From assembly GCA_964521095.1 (NCBI GenBank), contig CAZFPJ010000001.1:132149-196148 (forward strand): a DNA stretch of 64,000 nt, given 5' to 3'. Position 1 is the first letter of the stretch. Every line of letters starts with the position of its first letter. This document shows, piece by piece, positions 61,758 through 64,000 of the stretch. This DNA is from an uncultured Candidatus Saccharibacteria bacterium (lineage in GTDB: Bacteria > Patescibacteriota > Saccharimonadia > Saccharimonadales > 2-12-FULL-41-12). The translations under genes were made by a program, and so were the position numbers. The notes beneath the pieces are model-generated. The model was given only the letters and a program-made list of their open reading frames with translations, was not told where the DNA came from and ran no database searches.

Positions 61758-62939
61758 CTAACAGAAGAAGTCCGTATCTTTTAACTCTTGGGGCATGAAC
61801 CCTTTTGGGTGTTTAAAGTCTGCCTTCCACTTAGTGTCTTTACCATAACCTAGATCTTTCATGAGTTTAGTAGGTGCATTGCGCAGATGCAGGGGAACTG
61901 GTAAATCAGGGTACTCCTTGACAACATCCAAGGCCTTGTTCATAGCACTTGCTACCTCACGAGATTTAGGCGCTTTTGCCATGACTAATGCACAATGAAA
62001 AAGGTTGTATTTTGCCTCTGGCAAACCAATTTTTTCTACGGCCTCAAAGGTAGATATTGCTATGTTCAAAGCCGCCGGCGCAGCCATGCCTATATCTTCG
62101 CTAGCAAAGATGACCATACGCCGGGCTATGAACTTGGGGTCTTCGCCAGACTCACACATCCGCGCCAAATAATAAAATGTCGCGTTACTGTCACCACCTC
62201 GCATAGACTTAATAAAAGCACTAACAACATTATAGTGGTGTTCTCCAGCCTTATCGTAGACCGGCAATCTACTCTGGGTAGCTGTTCTGATAACTGTTTC
62301 ATCCACTATGCCATCTCCACTCAACTGCAGGGCTAGCTCTAAATTACCCAATGCAACCCGGGCGTCACCACCAGACAGTTCTGCTAGCAAATCAATACTT
62401 TTTGCTGGTAGTTTTTTAGCTGTGATCTTTTCGGTAGCAATAGCATTTTTGAGTATTTTCAAAATCGCCTCTTTGCTCAATAGCTCGAGCGTAACCACCC
62501 TCATCCGACTCAATAGGGGACCAATGACTTCAAAACTCGGGTTTTCGGTTGTTGCACCAATCAGAACAATTGTGCCGTCCTCGACCCAAGGCAAAAATGC
62601 ATCTTGTTGTGCCTTGTTAAATCTGTGTATTTCATCTACGAACAAGACAGTCTTCATCGCCAACCGTTGGTTTTGCTTAGCTCGCTCGATGACTTTTATT
62701 ACATCTGCTTTGCTGGCAACTACCGCACTAATCTCCATAAATTCAGCGCCCGTTTCGCTAGCTACAATCCGCGCCAGCGTAGTTTTGCCACTGCCCGGCG
62801 GACCCCACAAGATTAGGCTAGCCTGCTGTTTGCTGTCTACTATCTTTTGTATAATCTGACCGCCAGCCGTCAGGTGCTCTTGCCCAACTACTCCATCCAA
62901 AGAATTGGGGCGTAATTTTTCTGCCAATGGTCTTGTCAT
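61758..62939 (-). CDS. rarA: replication-associated recombination protein A
   Basis: PLAEKLRP, GPPGSGKT, DEIHRF, SAFIKSMRG, SEDIG, LRNAPT. Confidence 0.95.
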   Translation of the reverse strand: MTRPLAEKLRPNSLDGVVGQEHLTAGGQIIQKIVDSKQQASLILWGPPGSGKTTLARIVASETGAEFMEISAVVASKADVIKVIERAKQNQRLAMKTVLFVDEIHRFNKAQQDAFLPWVEDGTIVLIGATTENPSFEVIGPLLSRMRVVTLELLSKEAILKILKNAIATEKITAKKLPAKSIDLLAELSGGDARVALGNLELALQLSGDGIVDETVIRTATQSRLPVYDKAGEHHYNVVSAFIKSMRGGDSNATFYYLARMCESGEDPKFIARRMVIFASEDIGMAAPAALNIAISTFEAVEKIGLPEAKYNLFHCALVMAKAPKSREVASAMNKALDVVKEYPDLPVPLHLRNAPTKLMKDLGYGKDTKWKADFKHPKGFMPQELKDTDFFC

Positions 62940-63011
62940 ACCAATATTGTACCAATGCCTCTAACTAAAATGATACAATGAAAACAAGCAAGAGAAGGAG
63001 CCCTAGATCAC

Positions 63012-63224
63012 ATGACTCAAAATTTTGTCAACGACAACATAACGCTAATCTTGATAATGCTAACTATAGACGCCACTCTCAAGGCAGTAGCCATGTGGAT
63101 GGCAGCCCAAAAAGGAGCAAAAGTTTGGTTTGTTTTGCTGTTTATCCTCAATACCGCCGGGATATTGCCACTATTTTATATCTTTTATTTCAGCAAACAA
63201 CAAAAGCCTGACAACAAAAACTAG
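63012..63224 (+). CDS. small membrane protein (DUF5652-like)
   Basis: KAVAMW.AA, WF, LNTAGILP. Confidence 0.7.
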   Translation: MTQNFVNDNITLILIMLTIDATLKAVAMWMAAQKGAKVWFVLLFILNTAGILPLFYIFYFSKQQKPDNKN

Positions 63225-63637
63225 GCGTTTTTTCTGTTCACAACAACTGGTTCGGTAGGCTCTGAGTTGCTTTGAGGAGAGTTGCAGACAGTAAGTTCGT
63301 ATATAGTATTTTCTTTAACTGCTCGCAATTTTAATGATCCAACACAGTTTGCTGTTTCCCGCAGTCTCTCTTCTCTGATGACAGCCTCTGCCTCGTCAAG
63401 CATCTCCAAAGAAGATTGCGCCAACCCTCTCAAGCCCTCGACATCGTCATCTTCCTCAAAAATCCCAATATCATGAAGCATGGTCGCTAAACTACTTGCC
63501 GACTCTTCATCCATAACAATGTCCGATATAGCGTCAAGTTGTTGCTGTCGTATCGACTCAAGAGCTTCTATGCGTTTTTGAGCGAGTAAATCTCTGGGGC
63601 AACCCTGACATGGATTATTTTCAAAACCTTTATTCAT
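63221..63637 (-). CDS. hypothetical protein
   Basis: 138-aa ORF, CQGC near N-terminus. Confidence 0.6.
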   Translation of the reverse strand: MNKGFENNPCQGCPRDLLAQKRIEALESIRQQQLDAISDIVMDEESASSLATMLHDIGIFEEDDDVEGLRGLAQSSLEMLDEAEAVIREERLRETANCVGSLKLRAVKENTIYELTVCNSPQSNSEPTEPVVVNRKNA

Positions 63638-63676
63638 ACTTCTATTATACCATTATGTGGTATTGTAGTCAATATT

Positions 63677-64000
63677 CTAGTTATGATGGTATTTGCTACC
63701 TGACAAGATGCTGTAGCTACGGTATAACTGTTCGACCAAAATAAGTCGGACCAATTGATGAGGAAAAACCAAAGCAGACAATCCAACAACTCTGTCCGCT
63801 CGATCTTTTAATGTGTCATTAACTCCATATGCTCCACCTATGATAAGAACCAACCGTTTGACCGAATTATTTTGTGCGCTATCTATCAAGTCTACTAAAA
63901 CCTTGTTCGTAGCCTGACTGCCTGTTTCGTCTAGCAAAATCACCATATCATCACTGTTTAGCCTGTTCAACATAACCTCTGACTCGCTGTCTTTGTCCGA
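63677..64000 (-). CDS. rlmH: 23S rRNA (pseudouridine1915-N3)-methyltransferase, 5'-truncated by window
   Basis: IGGAYG, FPHQLVRLILVEQLYR, YHH. Confidence 0.93.
   Translation of the reverse strand, partial: SDKDSESEVMLNRLNSDDMVILLDETGSQATNKVLVDLIDSAQNNSVKRLVLIIGGAYGVNDTLKDRADRVVGLSALVFPHQLVRLILVEQLYRSYSILSGSKYHHN

Overview
This looks like a chromosomal segment of a Patescibacteria/CPR bacterium, most like Saccharibacteria. That call is inferred from gene content: a cyoABCDE bo3 oxidase, F1Fo ATP synthase, NDH-2, archaeal-type non-discriminating AspRS, a UvrD-PD-(D/E)xK fusion, many near-leaderless genes and genetic code 11. Most of the window is ordinary housekeeping and metabolic DNA. The standout is a ~3.1 kb integrative element at the 3' end of tRNA-Gln (5839-8952). 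It encodes a large serine recombinase and is built from two modules, flanked by perfect 165-bp and 120-bp inverted repeats that all meet at an AGCCA/TGGCT core. The element therefore carries a second, intact, inverted attP. The attP lies inside the recombinase 3' end, so integration, excision or inversion would swap the enzyme's C-terminus (tRNA-antisense tail versus an HLYEFARTYFATKCEK tail). Both tRNA islands (Gln and Asn) also end in tRNA 3'-half copies split at the T-arm/T-loop by short hairpin-rich inserts. Further candidates are a structured 5' leader on the recombinase, a TGTAA-N6-TTACA motif cluster around a Crp-family gene, a possible ncRNA and two small ORFs. All calls come from reading the sequence by eye; no searches were run.
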